Shown here in pieces: positions 1 through 8,484 of a DNA stretch of 64,000 bases. Below the pieces are notes generated by a model. It worked only from the letters and a program-made list of their open reading frames with translations, did not search any database and had not been told where the DNA came from. The stretch is from an uncultured Verrucomicrobia subdivision 3 bacterium. Its GTDB lineage: Bacteria > Verrucomicrobiota > Verrucomicrobiia > Limisphaerales > UBA11358. Position 1 is the stretch's first letter. The number at the start of each line of letters is the position of its first letter. The translations under genes and the position numbers were made by a program. Location of the stretch: the NCBI GenBank assembly GCA_903884535.1, contig CAISEZ010000090.1:1953-65952 (forward strand). Direction: 5' to 3'.

Positions 1-3000
1 CAGCGCTGGAGAGGTTGCTGCTGACATTACCGTTGTATTGATAAGTGATGGTGTAAGGTGAGAAGGCAACGCCATTGGTCTTTAGCGACGCGTCATTGTA
101 GGTAATGCTGAAGTCGCCCGTATTGTCGGTCACCGTGCCATTGACGGTGTGACCGTTGATGGTGGCGCTGACAATATCACCGTTGGCTGGATAGATCGGA
201 CCGCTGGCGCTCAAACTACCGGTCAGGGTCAGGCCGGGCAGATTGGTCTGGCCATAGGTGACTGACTGGGAGGTCACCGTGAATATCGGCACCGGCGCAC
301 TCGGCGTCACACTTGCCCAAGAGGTGCCAATGCGAACTTCATCCCAGGTGTTCGCAATTGTGCTGCCGGTTCCGCCTTGGCTATAGAATGTGAAATAAGC
401 TAGACTGGTCTTATTCGTTGAAGGCGCGGTGCCGGTAGCCGTAACGCTAACATCCGCTGTCGGGGCACTACCTGCTCCATAATTCGCACTCGCGGGGTTT
501 ACCCAGAGTTCCACCGTGTCACCAGCCGCATGAAAGGTATAGCGGGCCACAATCAAATAGGTTTGACCCAGCGTCAAGACCGTGCTGCCGAAGGTCGGCG
601 TCCCGGACGCCATGCCATTCCCTTGAATGATCCCGACCTGCTTGCTGGAATTGACGACAATAGTTCCGGCCGTGCCCGCGGGCGGCGTGGCATTGCTGAC
701 GGGCGGCGCATCACTGAAGGTCGCAATGGCCGCGTTGGCGATGGGCGCAGTGGTCAGTTGGTAAAGAAACGAATAGCACACCGTTGCATTTTCAGTTCCC
801 GCTTGCGTGGCATATTGGGTGCCCTCACTTCTAGGATTGGTGTTCGCTGAGAGCGAAGCCGCCCCGTTTGCCGCCGGAGCGAAACCAGAGGGACCCACCA
901 GTCCGTTGGTGATATACTTGATGACCGTGCTGCCGGTCCCATTCCCCAGCGTCCAAACACCGCCGGAAGCGGTGGCGAGACCGCCGCCACTGGCTGAACC
1001 GTAATTAAAACTGTCAGCGAAAGGTAGCAGTTCCCGAAGCTGACCCGTCACACCGGAAGCTGTCACGGTGGAAGAGTTGCCGCTGGTGCCGGCACAATTG
1101 ATGGTCCGCAAGCGGTAATAATACGTGCCGCCATTGCCCGGGGTCACGGTTTTGGTCGTGACATTGCCAGTCAATAAATTGTTGTAAGCCGGCACCAGGC
1201 TGGCAAAGCCGCTATCGTAGGCGACATCCAGAAAATAGTTTGTGGCGCCAACCGCCGCGGTCCATGTGGCGGTGAACGAGGCGGTGGTGGAGGTTACGGT
1301 CGAAGGCACCACCGGCGCGCTCGGTCCGGTAAAGCTCCCAGCCGCCGAGGGACTGAAGGCCGTGGCCACAGAAGCTCCATTTTCCGCCACTACTTCAAAA
1401 TTGTAAGTTGTGCAAGAACTCAAGTTGGTCACCGTGACCGTGCCCCATGTCGCGGCGGTCTGATAAACCGGCGTGGAGGAAGTCAGGCCACCAGTGGCGG
1501 TGACATATTTGGTTGTGGTCGTTTCATAGATGGCATACAGCGTGCCGGATGGATTGCCGTCGCCGGAACCGATGGTCACATTCAAACTGTTGGCCGTGCC
1601 ACCGTTAACCGTCGGTGCGGTGGGTGTATTAGCCAAGGTGTAGAAACTCATGTCGGCGATGTCGAGGACACTGCCACCCACATTGACGGCATAAGTGCGA
1701 TAGTAGTAAGCCGTATTCACGCTCAAGCTTCCAAGTGAGGCAGTGTAGGATGCCGGATAGACTCCGCCGTTAAAATCAGCGGTTCCCACTTGGATCTGGG
1801 TGCTCCCGGTGGTGACGCCAGGAGTGGTGCTCCAATAAAATCCGTAGTCGGTCAGGGCGCTGCCGCCATTGCCGGCAACGGTGCCATTCAGCGTGGCGGA
1901 CGTGCCAGTCTGTCCGCTGGCCGACTGCGTGGAGATGGCCGGCGCGCCGCCCAAGGTGGTGGTTGAAGCCGAAGGACCGAATGCCGTAGCAACCCCCGCT
2001 CCATTCGTGGCCACTACTCGGAAAGCATAGGTCGTAAAACCGCTTAGGCCGGTCACCGTCACGGTCGCCCAAGTATTGCTGGATTGATAGACCGGCGTGG
2101 ATCCCAAAGTGCCACCTGTCTGCACATAATTTGTGCTGACCAGATTCGTCTGTTGAATGGCATACAGGGTGGTGGCAGGATTACCATCCGCGCCGCCAAT
2201 CTGCACGGTAAGACTATTGGCTGTAGCTCCACCCACGACCGGGGCGCTCGGCGTGCCGGCCAGGGTGTAGAAATTGGTCTGATTCCCCAGCGTATTGCCG
2301 GCGGCATTATTGGCATAGGCACTGTAATAATAAATCGTGTTCGGACTCAGGCTGCCGAGCGAATTGTTGAAGGTGCCGGAATAGTCCGTGGTTCCCACTT
2401 GCGACTTGGTGCTGCTGGTGGTGACGGGTGAAGTGGTGCTCCAATAAAATCCATAGTCGGTCAAGGCTGACCCGCCGTTGGCAGTCACATTGCCATTCAA
2501 CGTGGCGGAGGCCGTGGTGGTGGTGGTCGCACCCTGCGTGGTGACGGAAGGAGCAACCGCCAAGGTGGTGCCGGTGGCTGCCGGTCCAAAACCGGTGTTG
2601 AGGCCGACGGCATTCGTCGCTTCGGCGCGGAAGTTATAAGTCACGCCGGGACTCAAACCGGTCACCGTCACCGTGCTCCAAGTCGAGGCGGTTTGATAGA
2701 CGACCGAGCTGCCCAACGCACCGCTAGCCTGCACATAATTTGTGCTGACCAGATTGGTCTGTTGGATGGCATAAAGCGTGGTGGAGGGATTGCTGTCAGC
2801 TCCGAGAGTGACGGGCAGACTGGTGCTCGCCGCCGTGCCAATGGTCGGCACCGTGGGTGTGGCCGCCAGTGTGTAAAAGCTGACATCCGAGCTGCCCAGC
2901 GTATTGCCAATGCTATTGTTGGCATAAGCCCGATAATAATAAATCGTGTTCGGCGTCAGACTGCTGATGGAAAGATTATAGCTGCCAGAATGGTCAGTGG

Positions 3001-4129
3001 TCCCCACCTGCGCTTTGGTGCTGCTGGTGGAAACGCCAGATTTCGTGCTCCAGTAAAAACCGTAGTCGGTCAGGGCGGAGCCACCATTGGAAACCGTGCC
3101 ATTCAGGGTTGCCGAGGTGGCGTTAGTTGGATTCGCGGCCTGGGTGCTGACCACTGGCGCGGTAGTAGTCAGGGAAGTGGTCGGGTTGTTTGCGGTCAGA
3201 GCGGTGGCGTAATTCAAGGCATTGTCTTGCGTGTAGATGCGGTAATAATACGTGGTGCTGGCGGAAAGCCCGGAGTCCGTGAACGTGGCGGCCGACCCTG
3301 AATACACCACGGTTCCGGAGCCGAGTGTAGAGTTATAAGTAGGAGTGTAGAGCGCACCCTGAATAGGCGCGGTGGTTGGATCGGCCAGACCGCGCACCAC
3401 GATGTAACCGCGAACGCCGGAGCCGGCATCAGTTCCAGCCGTCCAGCTCAAGGTTTGGCTGGAACTTCCCACTGAGCTGAAGACGGGGGTAGTAGCCGCT
3501 GTGGGTGCGGTTGTGTCACCGGTGCTGTTCGCATCAATATAAATCCACACGTCGTCAAAGTTTACAATGGATGTGCCGGCCGCATTGTCTTTTTGGCTCA
3601 ATGCAGCCAGACAAGTGGCGCTGGCGGTGGTCAAAGCAGCGGAGCTGCCGGTCGCAAACCGGGTCCAAGCCGCACTCGGGGTAGCTGTGGCGATAATGGT
3701 ATAAGCACCACCATTAAGCTTATAGCCAAGATAAGCCCGCGAACCAGTGCCGGTGGTTCCACTGTTGTAAACATACCCCCCCACATGAACGTAATAGGTG
3801 CCAGATGCGGGCGCCGTTACTGTGTCCACACTATCTGCCTCATCACCGGTTGAACCAGTCGAAGTGGTGGAAATGGATAAGCTTTTAGTCCCCGCATTCG
3901 CATAAGCTGATCCGATGGACCAGCTGGCGCCGGACTTCACGGCCGCCGCCTTCCATTGACCAAACGTCTGGCCCGCGGTCGGTGTGCCGGCGGCCAGAGT
4001 GGACGTTTCAAAACTCGGGTCGGTGAGGTCCGCCCGGACGGCGGGCGCAAGCGCGAGGATAGCGGTGCAGAGCAAGCCGCACCAGTTGGCCGGGCGGCGC
4101 AGGATATTTATGGATTGTTGGGTTTTCAT
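1..4129 (-). CDS. Giant secreted Thr/Ser-rich repeat protein. It has a signal peptide and an N-terminal CBM/jelly-roll-like module, followed by alternating FN3-like and 'LTDYGFYWS' beta-sandwich modules. Only the N-terminal ~1376 codons are present; the C-terminus lies beyond the window start.
   Basis: Absent from the ORF track because it has no stop inside the window. Hand translation of the minus strand from ATG (4129-4127) gives MKTQQSINILRRPANWCGLLCTAILALAPAVRADLTDPSFE... I checked the frame stop-free at nt 1-120, 960-1060 and 3480-3610. Recurrent motifs include SALTDYGFYWST, NTIYYYRAYANN, TLYAIQQTNLVSTNYVQ and VTVTGLSPGVTYNFR. Confidence 0.8.
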   Translation of the reverse strand, partial: MKTQQSINILRRPANWCGLLCTAILALAPAVRADLTDPSFETSTLAAGTPTAGQTFGQWKAAAVKSGASWSIGSAYANAGTKSLSISTTSTGSTGDEADSVDTVTAPASGTYYVHVGGYVYNSGTTGTGSRAYLGYKLNGGAYTIIATATPSAAWTRFATGSSAALTTASATCLAALSQKDNAAGTSIVNFDDVWIYIDANSTGDTTAPTAATTPVFSSVGSSSQTLSWTAGTDAGSGVRGYIVVRGLADPTTAPIQGALYTPTYNSTLGSGTVVYSGSAATFTDSGLSASTTYYYRIYTQDNALNYATALTANNPTTSLTTTAPVVSTQAANPTNATSATLNGTVSNGGSALTDYGFYWSTKSGVSTSSTKAQVGTTDHSGSYNLSISSLTPNTIYYYRAYANNSIGNTLGSSDVSFYTLAATPTVPTIGTAASTSLPVTLGADSNPSTTLYAIQQTNLVSTNYVQASGALGSSVVYQTASTWSTVTVTGLSPGVTYNFRAEATNAVGLNTGFGPAATGTTLAVAPSVTTQGATTTTTASATLNGNVTANGGSALTDYGFYWSTTSPVTTSSTKSQVGTTDYSGTFNNSLGSLSPNTIYYYSAYANNAAGNTLGNQTNFYTLAGTPSAPVVGGATANSLTVQIGGADGNPATTLYAIQQTNLVSTNYVQTGGTLGSTPVYQSSNTWATVTVTGLSGFTTYAFRVVATNGAGVATAFGPSASTTTLGGAPAISTQSASGQTGTSATLNGTVAGNGGSALTDYGFYWSTTPGVTTGSTQIQVGTADFNGGVYPASYTASLGSLSVNTAYYYRTYAVNVGGSVLDIADMSFYTLANTPTAPTVNGGTANSLNVTIGSGDGNPSGTLYAIYETTTTKYVTATGGLTSSTPVYQTAATWGTVTVTNLSSCTTYNFEVVAENGASVATAFSPSAAGSFTGPSAPVVPSTVTSTTASFTATWTAAVGATNYFLDVAYDSGFASLVPAYNNLLTGNVTTKTVTPGNGGTYYYRLRTINCAGTSGNSSTVTASGVTGQLRELLPFADSFNYGSASGGGLATASGGVWTLGNGTGSTVIKYITNGLVGPSGFAPAANGAASLSANTNPRSEGTQYATQAGTENATVCYSFLYQLTTAPIANAAIATFSDAPPVSNATPPAGTAGTIVVNSSKQVGIIQGNGMASGTPTFGSTVLTLGQTYLIVARYTFHAAGDTVELWVNPASANYGAGSAPTADVSVTATGTAPSTNKTSLAYFTFYSQGGTGSTIANTWDEVRIGTSWASVTPSAPVPIFTVTSQSVTYGQTNLPGLTLTGSLSASGPIYPANGDIVSATINGHTVNGTVTDNTGDFSITYNDASLKTNGVAFSPYTITYQYNGNVSSNLSSA
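1440..3280 (-). repeat. Three tandem coding repeat units of ~609-612 bp inside the giant gene. Each unit is one FN3-like module plus one 'GFYWS' module.
   Basis: Shadow ORFs in the track recur with a 609-nt offset (2059 vs 2668 minus; 2084 vs 2693 plus). By-eye alignment of the stretches starting near 1445, 2057 and 2666 agrees. Boundaries are approximate. Confidence 0.7.
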
Positions 4130-4485
4130 GGATTGGATGTGTTTTGGTCAGTGGCGTGGTAAAAGGAAACAACAGTGACTAGCGCGAATGTGATCAAATC
4201 AATTTGTTTTTGGGTATTTGATTCATCATGACCCAAACCTGCCCTACTGTCTTGTCGGATGAAAAGAGGACAAGGAGGTTAACGCCCTCGAACATTTACG
4301 CGCAGCTTGGATTCTTGAGAAATTGCTTGGATTGGTTTTCACGAGTTAACCATAATATGGCAAAAAGTGCCGGTCACGATACCCCGACAAACGTATGGCA
4401 TGAATCGAATTATTTTGCCTGATTGCGGCATCCATCGTGCTTTGAGCCGACGATTGAATCCCGGCACAAGGGCTGGTCGAGCCAA

Positions 4486-6648
4486 TCAGGGTGATTTCAC
4501 TGCGGCCGCCGGGGCAAGATAGATTTGATGGTTCTGGAAAAGCCCAAGCCGGATCCTGATTTTGGCCACCAGCTGGGTTTGGCCGACGGTTTCAGCCAAC
4601 CCGATGGCCCGCTGGGCGTTGGTAATGGCGGCGGGAAATTGACCATTCGCAGCATAGGCCACAGCCAGCGTGTCGAGGTTGTTTGGCGAGACGTTGGTCG
4701 TCGTCGCACAGGCACGATTAGCCAAAATTAAAGCTAGTTTTGGATTGCCGCCCTCAGTCGCCGGGCGGGTGGCGAGCAGCCAGGCGAAATCATTTTGCGC
4801 CTCGACAAAATTGGGGGCGATTTGGAGCGCGCTTTGAAACATGGCCGCCGCTTCCGGGATTCGCCCCAGCTTGAAAAACCCCAAAGCCAACTGGTAGCGG
4901 GCGGCCGGATCCTCGGGCTTGAGTCGGAGTGATTCTTGAAAATGCGGCAGGGCTTCCACCGGTCGGGCGGTTTTGAGCAACGCCAGACCGAGGTTGTATT
5001 GGTCTTCGTATTCCTCCGGCATCAATTTCAAAACCGATTCAAAATGCGGGATGGCCTCGGCCGGCCGGCCGGTTTCCGCCAGGGCCAGGGCAATGGCGTG
5101 GTGCGCCTCGATCGAGTCCGGCTGCAATTCCAGCGCGCGGTCGCACAGGCGAAGTCCTTCATTCAGCCGGCCGAGCTGGACGAGTGCTTCGCCCAGCCCG
5201 GCATACGAGCCGGGATGTTCGGGGAAAATTTTGAGGGCCGCCCGGTAGTGGGTGATGGCCTCGGAAATTTTCCCATCATTCTTCACATCGCTCGCAATCC
5301 GATAGTGCGCCAGATAATTATCCCGCGTAACCGCCAGCGTGTGGCGAAACAAAGTTTCATCCGAACGCCAGTAGCCGATTTGTCGCCGGGTCAATACCGT
5401 GCAACAGGTCAGCAAAATGAAAACCAAAATTGCCACCGGCCAAATCGGCACGCGCCACGCCCGGGTCAATCCGTGAAACCCCCATACCACGGCCATCGCC
5501 AACCCGACCAATGGCAAATAGGTGTAACGATCCGCGATGGACTGGTCGCCGACATGCACCAGACCAATCACCGGCACCATCATGCCCACGAACCAAAACC
5601 AGCCCACGAGACAGAACGGCCAGCGTTTACGCGCCACCCAAACAAAAACCGAAATGCCGGCCAGCAACGTCACCGCAAGCATGATTTCTGCTGCCGCATA
5701 ATTATTTTCAAACGGGTAAAACACGCCGAGTCCGGCGGGCCAAATAATTTTACCAAGATACAACGCATAGGAAACAGTCGCGCCCTTGAGCCGATCGGCC
5801 ACCGTCAGAAAGCCGGCGACGGCGCCGGAACTTCCCTGCACAAAATAAGTCACCGTGCTGGTTGCAATCGCAAGTAGCAGAAAAGGAATTTTTCCAATCA
5901 GCAATGGCTTCAAATCAGAAATTGAAAACCGGAATTCGGGAATCCGTTTGAGTGGCCAGTAATCCAGCAATAATAAAACGAACGGCCACGTCACCAGCAT
6001 CGGCTTGCTCATCAAGCCGAGGGCGAAAAAAAACAAGGCTGCCAAGTAATTTCTGATTCCCGATTTCTGATTTCCAATTTTTGATTGGGCGTAACGCGCG
6101 TAAAAAATCAGCGAGAGCAATCCGAAGAAAGTGCTGAGAACATCTTTGCGTTCAGCGACCCACGCCACGGATTCCACGCGCAACGGGTGCAGTCCAAAAA
6201 ACAATGCGACCACGAGGCTGCGCCAGGTCGCGCCGGTCAGGTGACGCAGCGCGACGAACAGCAAAACCGCGTTGGCGGAATGCAGGACCACGCTGGTCAG
6301 GTGATGCCCCCACGGTTGCGCCCCGAATAATTGCCAGTCCAAAAGGTGCGAAAGCATGGTGAGCGGATGCCAGTTCGCGCCGACGATGCATGTCATGGCC
6401 CAGCGCAGCGAAGCAAAATTAAGTCCAGTGTGAACATTCGCGTTGGCGACCACATACAACGGGTCGTCCAGCATGATGAAATCGTTTTGCAGGGTTGGAA
6501 TAAAAACCCACATGACCACTAGGAACAACCCTGTGCCCAGCAGAAAAATATTCGGCACCGGCCAGGTGGCGGGCGCGGAACGCGAAGCTGGCGTCGGCGG
6601 CTCGGACTTCATGAAGGCTGATTTTGGTGCAAAGCGAAAGGGGTTCAA
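4486..6648 (-). CDS. TMTC-like GT-C fold glycosyltransferase: a multi-pass membrane domain fused to C-terminal TPR repeats
   Basis: 720 aa. Loop-1 acidic motif DFIMLDDPLYV. DUF1736-type motif HPLRVESVAWVAERKDVLSTFFGLLSLIFY. About 10 hydrophobic segments, followed by repeated TPR-like A-x-x-Y/F-x-x-A-L-x-x-x-P units. Confidence 0.8.
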   Translation of the reverse strand: MNPFRFAPKSAFMKSEPPTPASRSAPATWPVPNIFLLGTGLFLVVMWVFIPTLQNDFIMLDDPLYVVANANVHTGLNFASLRWAMTCIVGANWHPLTMLSHLLDWQLFGAQPWGHHLTSVVLHSANAVLLFVALRHLTGATWRSLVVALFFGLHPLRVESVAWVAERKDVLSTFFGLLSLIFYARYAQSKIGNQKSGIRNYLAALFFFALGLMSKPMLVTWPFVLLLLDYWPLKRIPEFRFSISDLKPLLIGKIPFLLLAIATSTVTYFVQGSSGAVAGFLTVADRLKGATVSYALYLGKIIWPAGLGVFYPFENNYAAAEIMLAVTLLAGISVFVWVARKRWPFCLVGWFWFVGMMVPVIGLVHVGDQSIADRYTYLPLVGLAMAVVWGFHGLTRAWRVPIWPVAILVFILLTCCTVLTRRQIGYWRSDETLFRHTLAVTRDNYLAHYRIASDVKNDGKISEAITHYRAALKIFPEHPGSYAGLGEALVQLGRLNEGLRLCDRALELQPDSIEAHHAIALALAETGRPAEAIPHFESVLKLMPEEYEDQYNLGLALLKTARPVEALPHFQESLRLKPEDPAARYQLALGFFKLGRIPEAAAMFQSALQIAPNFVEAQNDFAWLLATRPATEGGNPKLALILANRACATTTNVSPNNLDTLAVAYAANGQFPAAITNAQRAIGLAETVGQTQLVAKIRIRLGLFQNHQIYLAPAAAVKSP

Positions 6649-6665
6649 TTTATTTCGCCATGATT

Positions 6666-8393
6666 TTATTGGAGCGATTTCAGCCGCAGGATCAAAACTT
6701 TTTCCGGCGCAATCGCGCCAAACGCAAATGGCAGCGGCCCGTATGCCGAGGCATAAAATCCCGCGCCCGCGCCTGAACTCATGGTTGTCAATAAACGCGG
6801 GCCGGCAGTAATGATGGTCTCGCGCAATTCAAACGCATCGGGGTTCAAATCAATCAGGCAGGTATTGTCCAACGGCACGACGACAAAGTCGCCGGCCTGA
6901 AGCTTGGAGGTTTCATCCATCGCGGGCAGCCCCAGCTTGTCCAAATAGAATTGAAATCCCCAGTGGCCCTGATACCAAACGGTCCCGACTGGGTGACTCA
7001 ATTTGTCGGCGACATTCTGCGCACCGGACCGGCAGGCACCGGCCAGCCGAAAATCAGACCAGGCCACCAGCAGCGCCAGGCCGGCGGCGGAAACTAAAAT
7101 CAGGAATTCGGATCGATCATTTTTCGCCGCGGAATTATTCAAACGCCGGGCCAGCAAAATGGCCACGGCTGGCGTGAGCGGCAGCACGGACCGTGTGTTG
7201 ATTTCCCAATTAAAAAATGAGGCGAATACAAACGTGCCGACGACCCAGAGCGCCAATAATATTCCATTCGAATCACGGTTGCGCTGGAAATCTTCAACGG
7301 CAAGAACAAGCACGGCCAACCCCATCATCACCCAAATAATGAATTGAAAATCCATCGCCAACCGTGCGTCTGCGAGCGGTGCGGTGTATCGTTTGAAGAG
7401 CATTCCCGAAGCCAGCGGAATTAAGGCGGCCAAGATACCCGCAAGCCCGATGACCAAGAGTCTTCGCCCGGTCCAGAAGCGCATGGCCAAGAGTGCGACC
7501 AAGCCGGTGCTGCCTCCGGCAAAAGCCAGGCCAATAAAAATCGAAGCGGTTTTCGATGCGCCTAGGTTTTGTTTTGCTCCTCCGGCATACTCCATGGCTT
7601 GGGAAAATAAACCGTGGCCGTAGAGTCTTTTTGTCCATACTTCATAACTTGCCAGCGCGATGACTGGAACTAACAGCCATACCAATCGCCATTCCCAACG
7701 TCGCAGGCGAAAGACGCTGTAAGCCAATAACAGTGGCACTAGCCCGATGCCAAAATATTTAGTCAGCGTCGCCAAGCCCATCAATAGCCCGGATAGAAAC
7801 AAGAATCCCGATTTTTCCTTCGCCCAGCCTTCAAACCAGAAAACCACCGCCCAGACCCAAAACGAAAGCATCAGCACATCACACATGACCGTGGTGCTCG
7901 AAACCAAAAATACCGGCGTCAATAAAGTGGCTAGCGCAGCCAATAAAGGGCGCTCACAAAAATGCCGCGCCAGCCGGTAAGTTCCCAAAATCACCAGACT
8001 GGCCGGCAGAAGGAAGGCTGAGTGCAAGGCCATTTCACTCCAGCCGAGCACCGTTGTCACCAGAGCAATGAAGTAGCTGGCCAGCGGCGGATTCTGGGTC
8101 ACCTGCCACATGGGCATGACCTTGGCATACCAGTTCACGTCAAAGCCAAACGGATCGGCCGGGTGTAACTGAATATGCCGCGCAGTCCAGATGAACAGTG
8201 GGTCGTCAAAATTGAACGGCTTGTCCAAGAATGGAATCAACGCTGCCAGAGAAATGAAAACGAGTGCCAGCCGGGGATGCTGTAAAATCCATCGGCAGAA
8301 AGCCCACTTAGAAAGTTCAACCGAGCGTGGGGATTTTGCCCCAATCAGCGGATCACCTCCCCGCTTAGTTTTCTTTGTGACTCGCTGACGCAT
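6666..8393 (-). CDS. GT-C fold membrane glycosyltransferase, GT39/ArnT (PMT_2)-like, without TPR
   Basis: 575 aa and polytopic. Has an early FNFDDPLFIW acidic loop motif like PMT/ArnT-type enzymes. Sits between the two TMTC-like paralogs on the same strand. Confidence 0.65.
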   Translation of the reverse strand: MRQRVTKKTKRGGDPLIGAKSPRSVELSKWAFCRWILQHPRLALVFISLAALIPFLDKPFNFDDPLFIWTARHIQLHPADPFGFDVNWYAKVMPMWQVTQNPPLASYFIALVTTVLGWSEMALHSAFLLPASLVILGTYRLARHFCERPLLAALATLLTPVFLVSSTTVMCDVLMLSFWVWAVVFWFEGWAKEKSGFLFLSGLLMGLATLTKYFGIGLVPLLLAYSVFRLRRWEWRLVWLLVPVIALASYEVWTKRLYGHGLFSQAMEYAGGAKQNLGASKTASIFIGLAFAGGSTGLVALLAMRFWTGRRLLVIGLAGILAALIPLASGMLFKRYTAPLADARLAMDFQFIIWVMMGLAVLVLAVEDFQRNRDSNGILLALWVVGTFVFASFFNWEINTRSVLPLTPAVAILLARRLNNSAAKNDRSEFLILVSAAGLALLVAWSDFRLAGACRSGAQNVADKLSHPVGTVWYQGHWGFQFYLDKLGLPAMDETSKLQAGDFVVVPLDNTCLIDLNPDAFELRETIITAGPRLLTTMSSGAGAGFYASAYGPLPFAFGAIAPEKVLILRLKSLQ

Positions 8394-8484
8394 GAAGAAT
8401 GAGGCAAACGCTAAGCTGATTAGTAGTTCGGTTCAAGCGCCGTTTTCCAAGTAAGCGAGGGAAACTAGGATGCTTTATCCAAAA

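Noticed and set aside
530-3853. Numerous 60-200-aa ORFs on both strands in the first 4 kb of the window
   Set aside because: All lie inside the single long open minus-strand frame (1-4129). That frame has a signal peptide and coherent FN3-type repeats, whereas the short ORFs have shadow-frame composition.
4130-4485. AT-rich 356-nt spacer with small ORFs (4228-4422), considered as a possible small gene or ncRNA
   Set aside because: The ORF has no supporting features. The region is most simply the promoter/5' UTR of the giant surface-protein gene, and I could not identify specific promoter hexamers confidently.
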